A stretch of 64,000 nt of DNA from Gammaproteobacteria bacterium (GCA_965222155.1 CBDCTH010000012.1:1728001-1792000); one strand, 5' to 3'. Shown: positions 10,560 to 20,952, counted from the first letter of the stretch. Program-made: numbers and translations. The notes: generated by a model from the sequence alone, not told the origin.

Positions 10560-10820
10560 TTATTCCTTGTTGAGCAATTCATTCAGGTAGGCGTATTCTT
10601 CAGGTACATTTGCCGAGGCGATGTCACGAATGTCTTCTTCGCTTAATTCCTCGACTCCCATTACCTGTCTGTCACGGCGTTTAAGGCGTCGGTACTCTTC
10701 AGTCGATAGCAAGATATATTTTTCCCGGCCATTTCGGGTAATAGACACGGGTTCTTTTAAAACCAATTCTTGAATATCACCAATATGACGCTGTAGTTCA
10801 GTAATTGTGACACTTGCCAT
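10560..10820 (-). CDS. Phd/YefM family antitoxin
   Basis: EPVSITRNGREKYILLSTEEYRRL signature. Confidence 0.85.
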   Translation of the reverse strand: MASVTITELQRHIGDIQELVLKEPVSITRNGREKYILLSTEEYRRLKRRDRQVMGVEELSEEDIRDIASANVPEEYAYLNELLNKE

Positions 10821-10838
10821 GAGCGTATCCCGTAGACT

Positions 10839-10869
10839 ATATATTCTACATATAATATGTAGAATATAT
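10839..10869. promoter_or_regulatory. Perfect palindrome, probable TA autoregulatory operator
   Basis: ATATATTCTACATAT-A-ATATGTAGAATATAT (15-bp arms), 18 bp upstream of the antitoxin start. Confidence 0.65.
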
Positions 10870-10879
10870 CAAAATATCA

Positions 10880-10909
10880 ACACACTATATTGACACACAC
10901 TATATTGAC
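10880..10909. repeat. Tandem 15-bp duplication
   Basis: ACACACTATATTGAC occurs twice head-to-tail in the divergent TA/res intergenic region. Confidence 0.8.
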
Positions 10910-11007
10910 CTCGAGTTAGCGGAAACGCCTGTTGAATTCATCTTCATTTTGTATAACAACTTCAATTAAGCTAATGTAATACCTTCCGTTTCAAGGTATG
11001 CGCGGCA

Positions 11008-14000
11008 ATGGCAGAATCATTTTACGAAAGACCTATCCTGAATTCGCCCTACGAGGAACCCGGGCTGCATCATCGTTTGGATGATGCCGGTCAACCCGTG
11101 GATGGTCCGCCCGAAACCGGCCGCAGACGCTCAGAACTGATCAGTCCTGTTCCCAAACCAAGGCTACGCCGCCAGGCGGGCACCCTGGAACAGGTTACTT
11201 TGACACTCTCATCGGGGGACGGCATTTCATCCTCTGAACAGGAATATGATCCGTTTCCAATCATCAATGATATTCGTTCCCACGTCGCTGACTGGCGTAA
11301 GCTTCCAAGCCGCAATGATTGGGGAGTGACTCCGGCTACTGCACGTTTGTTGCACCACTGGCGGCATCATCATTTCCAGGGTATACGGCCTTTTTTCTGC
11401 CAGATAGAGGCCGTGGAAACCATTATCTGGTTGACGGAAGTCGAACACCGGCAAAAGAAGCACAAGCACATCTGGAAGCATATTCAAAACGCCAACGAGC
11501 AGGCCAACCCGGAACTGTTGCGGCTGGCCTTGAAGATGGCGACAGGCGCCGGCAAAACAACGGTCATGGCCATGCTGATTGCCTGGCAGACTGTCAACGC
11601 AGTCCGCACACCAGGCAGCAAACTCTTCACTCGTGGTTTCCTGGTCGTGACGCCGGGCATCACCATTCGCGACCGCCTGCGAGTCTTGCAGCCAAACGAT
11701 CCTGACAGTTACTACAAGACTCGGGAACTGGTCCCTGTGGATATGCTGGAAGAGATCAACAAGGCCCGGATTGTCATTACCAATTTCCATGCATTCCAGC
11801 TTCGCGAAGTCATGGATACCGGCAAAGTCGGCAAGGCCCTGCTGCAGGGGCGCGATCAAGCACTGCATACGTCTGAGACCGAGGGTCAGATGATCAAGCG
11901 GGTTGCCGAAGAATTGATGGGATTTAAAAACATCGTCGTGATCAATGATGAAGCGCACCACTGTTACCGGGAGAAACCCGATAATGAAGATATCGCGGGT
12001 CTCACGGCTGACGAGAAAAAGGAGGCAACTGAAGAGAATAAGGCTGCTCGTATCTGGATCAACGGCATCGAGACCTTCAAGCGTAAACTCGGTGTGCGCG
12101 CCGTTTACGACTTATCCGCAACGCCTTTTTTCCTGCGCGGTTCCGGTTGGGCAGAGGGAACCCTGTTCCCCTGGACAGTCAGTGATTTTTCCCTCATGGA
12201 CGCCATCGAAAGCGGTATCGTCAAGCTTCCCCGAGTGCCTGTCTCCGACAATATCCCAAATGAAGAAATGCCGATCTTCCGGGACCTGTGGAAACACATC
12301 AGCAAAAACATGCCCAAAAAAGGCAGACAGACGGGCGGCGACCCCTTGGCGCTCCCGGAAAAACTCCAGACCGCGTTGCACGCACTCTATAGCCATTATG
12401 AGCAAACCCATCAACGCTGGGAACAGGACGGCATTGAAGCTCCACCCGTGTTCATCGTCGTCTGTAACAACACGTCAACATCCAAGCTGGTCTATGAATG
12501 GATTTCCGGCTGGCAACGTCCTGACGAAGACGGTGAAGAGGTATTCATGCACTCCGGTCATTTGGCATTATTTCGGAATTTCGATGAACATGGCAACCGC
12601 CTGCCCCGACCCAATACCTTGCTGATTGACAGCCGCCAACTCGAATCGGGTGAGGCGCTGGATAAGAATTTCCGCAAGGCGGCAGCGCTCGAAATCGAAC
12701 AATTCAAACGCGAAATAATCCAGCGTTCCGGTGCCGGTAACGGGGGCGATATCTCCGATGCCGAACTGCTGCGCGAGGTCATGAACACGATCGGCAAGAA
12801 AGACCGCCTGGGTGAACAGGTGCGTTGCGTAGTCTCAGTCGCCATGTTGACGGAAGGTTGGGATGCAAACACGGTCACCCATATCCTGGGCATCCGGGCT
12901 TTCGGCACCCAGTTACTTTGCGAACAGGTCGTTGGGCGCAGTTTGCGCCGTTACTCTTACGACCTGGATGATGGTTTATTCACTGTGGAATACTCCGACA
13001 TCATGGGTATTCCCTTTAACTTCACGGCCAAACCGCAGGTGGCGCCGGTCAAACCACCTCGAAAGACAACCAGAGTCCATGCTGTCCGTGAACGAGCGAC
13101 GCTGGAGATCGTCTTCCCGCGCGTCACCGGCTACCGGGTTGAACTACCCGAAGACAACCTGACTGCCAGGTTCACCGACGATTCAAAACTGGTACTGACC
13201 CCGGAGATGGTCGGCCCCGGCCAGACACTGATGGCAGGTATTGTCGGCGAGAACGTTATGATCTCAGCAGCTGAGGCACGGGCAACACGGCCCAGCACGA
13301 TTACATACGACTTATCCAAACACTTGCTTTACAAGTTCTTCAGGGATAAAGACCAACAACCCAAGCTGTACCTCTTCGGACAGATAAGACGCATTGCACG
13401 CCAATGGATCGACGGCGGTTACCTCGAGTGCCGGGGCAACACCGGTAAGTGGATGCTGGAATACCGAAATATCGCAGACCAAGCCGGAGAGCGTATCTAC
13501 AATGCCATCGTGAACGCCATATTGGACAAGCGTCGAATTCGGGCGGTGCTAGACCCTTACAACCCGAAATCCTCCACCTCCTATGTGAGTTTCTCCACAA
13601 GCAAGGATTTATATACTGCGGCGCCGGATAAGTGTCATGTGAACTACGTCGCCCTCGACAGCGCCTGGGAAGCCGAGTTCGCCCGGGTTGTGGAACAGCA
13701 TCCCAGGGTAAGCTCTTATGTCAAAAACCAGGGGCTGGGCCTTGAGGTTCCATACAAGGATGGATCGTCGGCACGGGTTTATGTTCCCGACTTTATCGTC
13801 CTGATTGATGACGGCAACGGCCCTGATGATCCACTACACATGGTAGTCGAGATCAAAGGCCGTCGTTACGAGAACGTCAAGCTGAAGTCAGAAACCATGC
13901 GTACCCAGTGGCTGGTCGGCGTAAACAATCTTGGCAACTTCGGTCGCTGGGAGTTCGCAGAGCTTTCCGATGTGTATGCGATGGGAAGTGACCTTACGGA

Positions 14001-14055
14001 AAAAATCAAGGCGGAATTCGGAGAAATTGTCGATAACCATATTCCCTGCTCCTGA
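11008..14055 (+). CDS. Type III restriction endonuclease Res subunit (BPTD_3080-like)
   Basis: KMATGAGKT, NDEAHH, DLSATP, MLTEGWD, EQVVGRSLRR helicase motifs; C-terminal YVPDFIV...VEIKG nuclease motif. Confidence 0.9.
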   Translation: MAESFYERPILNSPYEEPGLHHRLDDAGQPVDGPPETGRRRSELISPVPKPRLRRQAGTLEQVTLTLSSGDGISSSEQEYDPFPIINDIRSHVADWRKLPSRNDWGVTPATARLLHHWRHHHFQGIRPFFCQIEAVETIIWLTEVEHRQKKHKHIWKHIQNANEQANPELLRLALKMATGAGKTTVMAMLIAWQTVNAVRTPGSKLFTRGFLVVTPGITIRDRLRVLQPNDPDSYYKTRELVPVDMLEEINKARIVITNFHAFQLREVMDTGKVGKALLQGRDQALHTSETEGQMIKRVAEELMGFKNIVVINDEAHHCYREKPDNEDIAGLTADEKKEATEENKAARIWINGIETFKRKLGVRAVYDLSATPFFLRGSGWAEGTLFPWTVSDFSLMDAIESGIVKLPRVPVSDNIPNEEMPIFRDLWKHISKNMPKKGRQTGGDPLALPEKLQTALHALYSHYEQTHQRWEQDGIEAPPVFIVVCNNTSTSKLVYEWISGWQRPDEDGEEVFMHSGHLALFRNFDEHGNRLPRPNTLLIDSRQLESGEALDKNFRKAAALEIEQFKREIIQRSGAGNGGDISDAELLREVMNTIGKKDRLGEQVRCVVSVAMLTEGWDANTVTHILGIRAFGTQLLCEQVVGRSLRRYSYDLDDGLFTVEYSDIMGIPFNFTAKPQVAPVKPPRKTTRVHAVRERATLEIVFPRVTGYRVELPEDNLTARFTDDSKLVLTPEMVGPGQTLMAGIVGENVMISAAEARATRPSTITYDLSKHLLYKFFRDKDQQPKLYLFGQIRRIARQWIDGGYLECRGNTGKWMLEYRNIADQAGERIYNAIVNAILDKRRIRAVLDPYNPKSSTSYVSFSTSKDLYTAAPDKCHVNYVALDSAWEAEFARVVEQHPRVSSYVKNQGLGLEVPYKDGSSARVYVPDFIVLIDDGNGPDDPLHMVVEIKGRRYENVKLKSETMRTQWLVGVNNLGNFGRWEFAELSDVYAMGSDLTEKIKAEFGEIVDNHIPCS

Positions 14056-14075
14056 TGCTGTGCTATATTGGCGCC

Positions 14076-14327
14076 ATGGAACCTCATGTTCAAATCCTGT
14101 TTGCAATCGTGGGCGTCGGTGTCGCCCTGGCCGGGCTTATCCTGCGCTTGGGAACGCGCATCGACAAGCTGGACGACAGGCTGGGCAAGTTGAGTGACAG
14201 GCTGGGCCAGGTCGAACAAGGTCTGGCAGCTCTCAAGGCCACCGTGGAAACCTTCTTCCGTCTGCGCGTGGATCCGCCCGATTCCCCTGCGCCGGACGAT
14301 AAGCACAGGACCGGTACGGACGGTTAA
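14076..14327 (+). CDS. Small protein with N-terminal TM helix and coiled coil
   Basis: FAIVGVGVALAGLIL followed by heptads IDKLDDRLGKLSDRLGQVEQGLAALK. Confidence 0.6.
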   Translation: MEPHVQILFAIVGVGVALAGLILRLGTRIDKLDDRLGKLSDRLGQVEQGLAALKATVETFFRLRVDPPDSPAPDDKHRTGTDG

Positions 14328-14329
14328 CA

Positions 14330-14436
14330 ATGAAATTACTCCTTGACGAGTCTGTTCCCCGACTTTTTGCTCGTAGTTTCCCTGGCGCACTTCATATCAA
14401 AACAGTTACTCAGGTGGGCTGACTTGGAATAAAGTT
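14330..14436 (+). pseudogene. DUF5615/PIN-like toxin 5' remnant
   Basis: Translates as MKLLLDESVPRLFARSFPGALHIKTVTQVG*LGIK; TGA where a G-W is expected; truncated next to a MITE. Confidence 0.6.
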
Positions 14437-14443
14437 ATATTAA

Positions 14444-14593
14444 GGAAGCTCTGATCAAGTCCGTCCAGGACTTGTCAGAGTGCGGAAAACAAAAATACTA
14501 TTTTGTTTTCCTTACAAAATCAATTACATATAGTCATTTATTTTGACGGTACATCCATGCACCGCAGGAACCTCTGACTTAATCAGAGGTTCC
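14444..14593. mobile_element. 150-bp MITE with IS5-type ends and TTAA target duplication
   Basis: GGAAGCTCTGATCAAGT...ACTTAATCAGAGGTTCC inverted ends; TTAA at 14440-14443 and 14594-14597; ends resemble the IS5 at 36581. Confidence 0.75.
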
Positions 14594-14672
14594 TTAACGT
14601 TAAAAAAACAAACCTGATATCGGGTTATTCAGTATTCTTGTTTCACGAGTGTAACAGCGTTATACTGCCAAC

Positions 14673-14873
14673 ATGAGCAGAGAGTTTTGGGCAATCATTA
14701 CAGTAGGCAGCGCGCTCGCAGGATTGATAGCCCCCTTATATGGGTGCGTAGAAAATCTTGATCGGCGAATAGATTCACTCAACCAGCGAATTACCCGCGT
14801 AGAAGTTCACCTGGAGTATCTCGTCGGGCGCCGCCAGGAAATGGTATCCGTCACGCCGGCGGACGCTGGCTGA
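14673..14873 (+). CDS. Small TM + coiled-coil protein, similar to 14076..14327
   Basis: WAIITVGSALAGLI...LDRRIDSLNQRITRVEVHLE. Confidence 0.55.
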   Translation: MSREFWAIITVGSALAGLIAPLYGCVENLDRRIDSLNQRITRVEVHLEYLVGRRQEMVSVTPADAG

Positions 14874-15023
14874 CATCATTTCAAAATCAAATGGGGCCTT
14901 GCGTATGAAGTTTGTTGTCAAGGAATCCTGCCCCCGGAAATGCCTTATCACAACGGCTTTCAGGATACCAGGCCCGGACGAACCAACGAAGCAAGACCAG
15001 GCCGCCTGATTGAACCGGACGCT

Positions 15024-17803
15024 ATGGCCGGAAGACGGCAATCCGCAAAAAAGGTCGAAACTCTCACTCACAAGGAAGCCAGGAGAAAGAATATTCCCAC
15101 TGTGGAATACGAACCTTCCCTGCACGACGCTGACAAGTCTCCCATCCCGGTCAGCTATGCACGCCGCAATAAAGACCTGGACCCACAACTGGTTTGGCGC
15201 GGCAAAGACAATCAGGACTGGTCGGACCTGGTGGTGCAGGCCCCGCCCCTGTATATCCAGGAAAAAATTCACCCCAAAGCAATCATCGACGACCTGAAAC
15301 GACAGTCAGAGTCCCGTCGGGATGAACCGCCCGTCACACTGGACCTGTTTGCAGATTTCAACGGCCTGGAGGAAGCCGACAAGACCGAGTTCTACCAGCA
15401 CGAGCAGAACTGGCAAAATCGCATGATCCTGGGAGACAGCCTGCAGGTAATGGCAAGCCTGACGGAGCGGGAAGGACTGCGTGGCCAGGTGCAGTGCATT
15501 TATATCGATCCTCCCTATGGCATCAAGTTCAATTCCAACTGGCAGGTTTCGACCCGCTCACGGGATGTAAAGGATAGCAAAATGGAGCACGTTACCCGAG
15601 AGCCGGAGCAGGTGAAAGCATTCCGTGATACCTGGCGGCATGGTATCCACTCCTATCTGACGTACCTGCGCGACCGGTTGACTGTGGCAAGAGATTTACT
15701 GTCCGAGAGTGGTTCTATATTCGTGCAGATTGGGGATGAGAATGTGCATCGGGTACGGGCAGTGATGGATGAGGTGTTTGGGGAGGAGAATTTTTTGAGT
15801 GAGATAATCACTAAGAAAAGTGGAGGGATGGGCCAATCTCATCTCGACAACATAGCAGATTTTATAATTTGGTTTGCTAAAAACAAACAATTCGCAAAAT
15901 ACCACCAACTATTCGAAACAAAAAAATTCGGCAGTGGAGCTGGACTCCGTTATCGCACCGTCCAATTGAGTGATGGACGTACACGGAGAATGACCAACGA
16001 TGAAGTGGCAGATCCGTCATCTCTACCAGCCGATAGTAGAGTGTTTCTTGGCGGGCCTTTAATATCCGAGACTGCGAGTCGGTCAACAATCTTCGATTTC
16101 CTGTTGAATGGACGTCTCATCAAGATATCAAAAGGCGGCTGGAAAACTAGCCAAAGGGGAATGGCCCGATTAATTAAGGCCAACCGTTTGTTTAATACTA
16201 AAACATTCGTGAATTACAAATTATTTTTTGATGATTTCGCGGCGGTTAGCATACCGAATTTATGGCAGGATACCATGGGCACAGCGGAACAAAACAAAGT
16301 TTACGTTGTGCAAACCACATCGAAGGTTATTCAACGGTGTATCCTCATGGCTACCGACCCCGGTGACCTCGTCCTTGACCCCACCTGCGGTTCCGGCACC
16401 ACCGCTTACGTCGCTGAGCAGTGGGGACGCCGCTGGATCACCATCGATACCTCCCGCGTCGCCCTGGCCTTGGCACGCGCCCGACTCATGGGATCCCGAT
16501 ACCCTTATTACTTATTGGCGGATTCCCCGGAGGGCCAGAAGAAAGAAGCGGCACTCGCTCAAACAGTAGCGAAATCAGACCCCACGCACGGCAGTATTCG
16601 TCAAGGGTTTGTCTATGAACGGGTTCCCCACATCACGCTTAAATCCATCGCCAACAACACTGAAATAGACGTGATCTGGGAAAAATATCAGGAAACGCTG
16701 GAGCCTTTGCGCAAACAACTCAGCGCAGAACTTAGCCAGGCATGGCAGGAATGGGAAGTACCTCGTGATGCTGAAGACAGTTGGCCGGAGTCAGCTAAAC
16801 AATGTCACCGCGATTGGTGGCAGGCGCGTATCGCCAGACAAAAGGAAACCGATGCCTCCATCGCCACTTTGAGGCGCTGTACGATAAACCTTACACGGAT
16901 AATACCAAGGTGCGGGTTTCCGGTCCGTTTACCGTGGAGAACCTCTCCCCCCACCGTATGGTATCCGAAGAAGAAGATTACTCGTTTCCTTCAGAGGAAG
17001 ACACTGTCCAAGGGGGAGTCAGTGAAGCCATACCGTTAAATGATTTCACACAGATGGTGCTGGAAAACCTGAAGTCCGCCGGCGTTCACCAGGTCGCTAA
17101 AGAAGACAGGATCACCTTCTCCACTATTGAAGGCTGGCCCGGAACCTATATCGCCGCCGTTGGTCACTTTACAGAAGGTGACACCGAAAGACGTGCCGGG
17201 ATATTCATTGGGCCGGAGTACGGCACCATAACCCGTTCCGACCTGGCAACAGCCGCCAGAGAGGCCCAACAGGATCGTTTCGATGCCCTGATCGCCTGTG
17301 GTTTCAATTTCGACGCCCATACCTCGGAACTGACTAAGCTAGGCCCACTACCGATCCTGAAAGCACGCATGAATCCTGACCTGCACATGTCGGAAGAATT
17401 GAAAAACACTGGTTCGGGCAATCTGTTCGTCATCTTCGGCGAGCCGGATATCGAATGGCGTTTCGACGACGAGGGTAACATCGTAGTCGAAGTCCTGGGA
17501 GTGGACGTATTTGATCCGAAAACCAGCGAAGTGCGCGCCAGCGGCAAGGACGACATCGCTGCCTGGTTTATCGATACCGACTACAACCGGGAAAGCTTCT
17601 TTGTCCGTCACGCTTATTTCATGGGCGCCGGTGACCCCTATAAATCTCTGAAAACCAGCCTTAAGGCGGAAATCGACAAGGAAGCCTGGGAGACTCTGTA
17701 CCGCGACACATCCCGACCGTTTGCGCGCCCGGCAGCGGGACGGTTTGCCGTCAAAGTCATCAACCATTTCGGCGATGAGGTGATGAAAGTATTCGAGGTG
17801 TAA
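15024..17803 (+). pseudogene. Type III Mod DNA methyltransferase, frameshifted near 16866
   Basis: YIDPPYGI and DPTCGSGTT motifs in ORF1; after ...TDASIA the Mod-like sequence continues in another frame (FEALYDKPY...GPFTVE...AVKVINHFGDEVMKVF). Confidence 0.85.
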
Positions 17804-17811
17804 CAACCCCC

Positions 17812-19911
17812 GTGCAGTTCCGTATCGCAAACAGCTTTACAAAAGCACTGGGCAAATTGAATGCCAAGGAGCAGTCTGCCACCAAGATCACGGTTTTTGA
17901 CTTACAGCAGAACCCCGCAACGCCCGGACTACAGTTTCACCGTATCGATAGCTCCAGAGACCCGCGCTTCTGGTCAATGCGTGTTAACCAGGACATTCGG
18001 GTAATAATCCATAAGACTGAAGATAGCTTTTTGGTCTGTTACGTGAATCACCACAATGATGCCTATAAGTGGGCGCAACGAAGACGTATTGAAACCCATC
18101 CCAAAACCGGCGCTGCCCAGATAGTCGAGGTGCGCGAACGGGTTGAAGAAGCTACGGCCCCTTACTTACCAAAGTTGGGGCCACATGCGTTTAGCGTAGC
18201 GGATTCCCCTGGAGAGCCATACCTTCCCGGTCCCTTTTCCAGGTTGTCTGAACAAGCTTTGCTCGGTGTCGGCGTACCAGAAGACTGGGTCATAGATATT
18301 CGGCAGGCATCTGAGGACGACTTTCTTGACATCGCCGGGCATCTTCCATCTGAGGCGTCTGACGCACTGCTCGACTTCGTAAGCAGCGGAATCCTGCCCC
18401 AGCCTGTGCCAGTTGTTGCCGAAATCGATCCTTTTGAGCACCCGGATGCGTTACGCCGTTTTCGGGTACTGGAAAACGCGGAAGAACTGGAGCGTGCTCT
18501 ATCCTACCCCTGGGAGCAATGGGCGATCTTTCTGCATCCATCACAACGACATTTGGTGAATCGGCAGTTCGACGGCCCTGCCCGCGTGTCCGGTTCAGCC
18601 GGAACTGGAAAAACCGTTGTCGCGCTGCACCGCGCTGCTGCGATTCTGCGGAAAGACAGACAAGCCAAGGTACTTCTGACAACCTTTTCCCTACCCCTCG
18701 CCAACGCATTGAAACATAAGTTAAGCATACTGACCGGCAACGGCAATACCAATGTGACAATCCTGCCGTTCGAAGGCATTGCGGCTGAGCTTTTTACACT
18801 TGCTTTTGGTCGCACGCCTCGGGTCGCTACCGAAGAACAGGTAAAAAGAGTGCTGGAAACGGCAGCAAACGAACTTGAGAACACAGGTTTCACTATTCAA
18901 TTTCTTGTTTCTGAATGGCGCAATGTCATTGATGCCTGGCAGGTTGATAACCTGGAAACTTACCAGAACGTACCGCGTATCGGTCGCCGCAGTCGTATCA
19001 GTGCAGGGCAACGGGAAAGAGCCTGGCCGATATTTGCCCGCACCCGGGAGTTGCTTGTCAGGCAGGGGCTACATACCTGGCCGGAGATTTTTGGTGAGGT
19101 GACGTCATATTTCACTTCACAGAACCACAAACCTTTTACCCATATAATCGTCGATGAGGCCCAGGACCTGGGTGTGCCCGAGCTCAGACTGTTTGCTGCG
19201 CTGAAATCAGAAACCCCGGACGCGTTATTCTTCAGCGGCGATATCGGCCAGCGAATATTCCAGCGACCCTTCTCATGGAAGGCGCTCGGCGTCGACATAC
19301 GTGGACGCTCCCATGCCCTGAAAGTCAACTACCGTACATCCCACCAGATCAGGAGAGCGGCTGACCGACTCCTGCCACCCGTTATCAGGGACGTGGATGG
19401 GAATGAAGAAGTCCGGCGGGACGTCATTTTCGTTTTTAACGGCCTCGAACCGCAGGTCAAAACATTCGATAACGTCGGACAGGAAACCGAAGAAGTGGCT
19501 GCCTGGGTACGGAAAATCATAGAGGACGGAACAACACCGGAAGAGATAGGCATATTTGTACGCAGCAATAATGAGTTATCACGTGCTCGCGAGGTAGTAA
19601 AACAAGCGGCACAAACACCCCTGGAGCTTTCCATCCGAGTAGAAAATCGTGATGGCCGCATCTCCATCGGCACCATGCACTTGGCAAAAGGCCTGGAATT
19701 TCAGGCTGTGGTGGTCATGGCCTGTGGCGATGACGTTCTACCGTTACAGGAACGTATCGAAACGATCGCCGATGAAGATGAATTGGACGAAGTATTTGAA
19801 ACCGAGCGACACCTGTTCTACGTAGCCTGCACCAGAGCAAGAGACCGCTTGCTGATATCAGGTGTCGAGCCGGTATCAGAGTTTTTTGAGGATTTTTTGG
19901 AGGGAGGGTGA
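17812..19911 (+). CDS. UvrD/Rep SF1 helicase with N-terminal RelE/ParE-like domain
   Basis: GSAGTGKT, IVDEAQD, GDIGQRIF, NYRT, TMHLAKGLEF, YVACTRAR; N-terminal 90 aa with NPATPGLQFHRI...WSMRVNQDIRVII. Confidence 0.85.
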   Translation: MQFRIANSFTKALGKLNAKEQSATKITVFDLQQNPATPGLQFHRIDSSRDPRFWSMRVNQDIRVIIHKTEDSFLVCYVNHHNDAYKWAQRRRIETHPKTGAAQIVEVRERVEEATAPYLPKLGPHAFSVADSPGEPYLPGPFSRLSEQALLGVGVPEDWVIDIRQASEDDFLDIAGHLPSEASDALLDFVSSGILPQPVPVVAEIDPFEHPDALRRFRVLENAEELERALSYPWEQWAIFLHPSQRHLVNRQFDGPARVSGSAGTGKTVVALHRAAAILRKDRQAKVLLTTFSLPLANALKHKLSILTGNGNTNVTILPFEGIAAELFTLAFGRTPRVATEEQVKRVLETAANELENTGFTIQFLVSEWRNVIDAWQVDNLETYQNVPRIGRRSRISAGQRERAWPIFARTRELLVRQGLHTWPEIFGEVTSYFTSQNHKPFTHIIVDEAQDLGVPELRLFAALKSETPDALFFSGDIGQRIFQRPFSWKALGVDIRGRSHALKVNYRTSHQIRRAADRLLPPVIRDVDGNEEVRRDVIFVFNGLEPQVKTFDNVGQETEEVAAWVRKIIEDGTTPEEIGIFVRSNNELSRAREVVKQAAQTPLELSIRVENRDGRISIGTMHLAKGLEFQAVVVMACGDDVLPLQERIETIADEDELDEVFETERHLFYVACTRARDRLLISGVEPVSEFFEDFLEGG

Positions 19912-20009
19912 TTTTGAAATTTGGTAGTCAAACCTATGTGGCTTCGTACTGTTTAAGAACCCTCAATTCAGTCAGTTAAGAACAATGAATACAGAACAGC
20001 GGCTAAGCG

Positions 20010-20085
20010 CGAAATGCCATTGAAACAGATCCGGGAAAAAGATATGGTAAACCAATTGTTGTAGTCGGCATCAAATATAGTAAAT
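20010..20085 (+). pseudogene. Possible C-terminal remnant of an AAA-ATPase/PD-(D/E)XK protein
   Basis: Broken frames give LKQIREK / YGKPIVVVGIKYSK, resembling that family's C-terminus. Confidence 0.3.
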
Positions 20086-20118
20086 TAGACCTACAATCAT
20101 AAGAGTACACTAGCGGTC

Positions 20119-20370
20119 GTGGAGGCGATTGGTTTCATGATCGGCGTGCAGCGTCGCACCTTCCGCGACCAGTACCCGGTAAATATACAGGCTGCCGAGC
20201 TGGTTGGGCAGTTACACGATTCTCTATTTGAATCAGGCTACCGCGGCCACGACCTGGAACGTTTCCTGGTGCGGATTGTGTTCTGCCTGTTTGCTTACGA
20301 CACCGGTATCTTCGAGCCGCGCGATATCTTCCTTTATTACATCGAAACCCACACGGGGGAGGACGGTTAT
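20119..20370 (+). pseudogene. Fragment of MmeI-like (type IIL) RM enzyme N-terminal region
   Basis: VNIQAAELVGQLHDSL..SGYRGHDLERFLVRIVFCLFAYDTGIFE...IETHTGEDG; base composition changes right after. Confidence 0.65.
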
Positions 20371-20397
20371 CAACTCGCAACCATTGGAAATTTATTC

Positions 20398-20952
20398 ATG
20401 GGCATCAAATTGAAAAGACAAGATAAAACTGACAGCAAGGATAACTTAGCAAATTTGAGGCACGGACAAGCTATAGCAATGCAGTACGTGGGATATTTAC
20501 TCCAGCGGCTTCCTGAAGAAAAAAACCAAAAGTACCTTAGCGGATTATTAGAGAATGTTACCTTAGAAGGCGGGGGAAATGGTATTGAACAAACACGTTT
20601 AGGGTGCAATTGGGTAGTTAATATAGTAATGGCTCTTACAGTAGAATTTGCGTTGAAGGCATTGCTGATAAAAAATAGAGTAGCACCCCATAATCGACAC
20701 GACTTGTTGAAATTGTACACACAACTCTCACTTGAGACACGGAACCAACTTGAAAACAAATTTCGAACCTTTATTGAAAATGGGGAAGTTATTGGTACAG
20801 ATTCTCTATGCCAACTTCTGACATCTCACAAAGATGATTTCGTAGATTGGCGCTATCTTGATAAAGAGCCAGAAAATCTAATTTCCGAGTGTCGCGAATT
20901 GCAATTTGCAGTTCTCGCAATTTTAGATGTATATGACTCAGAGAGATTGTGA
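20398..20952 (+). CDS. HEPN-domain-like protein
   Basis: ALTVEFALKALL...RHDLLKLYTQL...FVDWRY pattern; AT-rich; in frame with the upstream MmeI fragment. Confidence 0.6.
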   Translation: MGIKLKRQDKTDSKDNLANLRHGQAIAMQYVGYLLQRLPEEKNQKYLSGLLENVTLEGGGNGIEQTRLGCNWVVNIVMALTVEFALKALLIKNRVAPHNRHDLLKLYTQLSLETRNQLENKFRTFIENGEVIGTDSLCQLLTSHKDDFVDWRYLDKEPENLISECRELQFAVLAILDVYDSERL

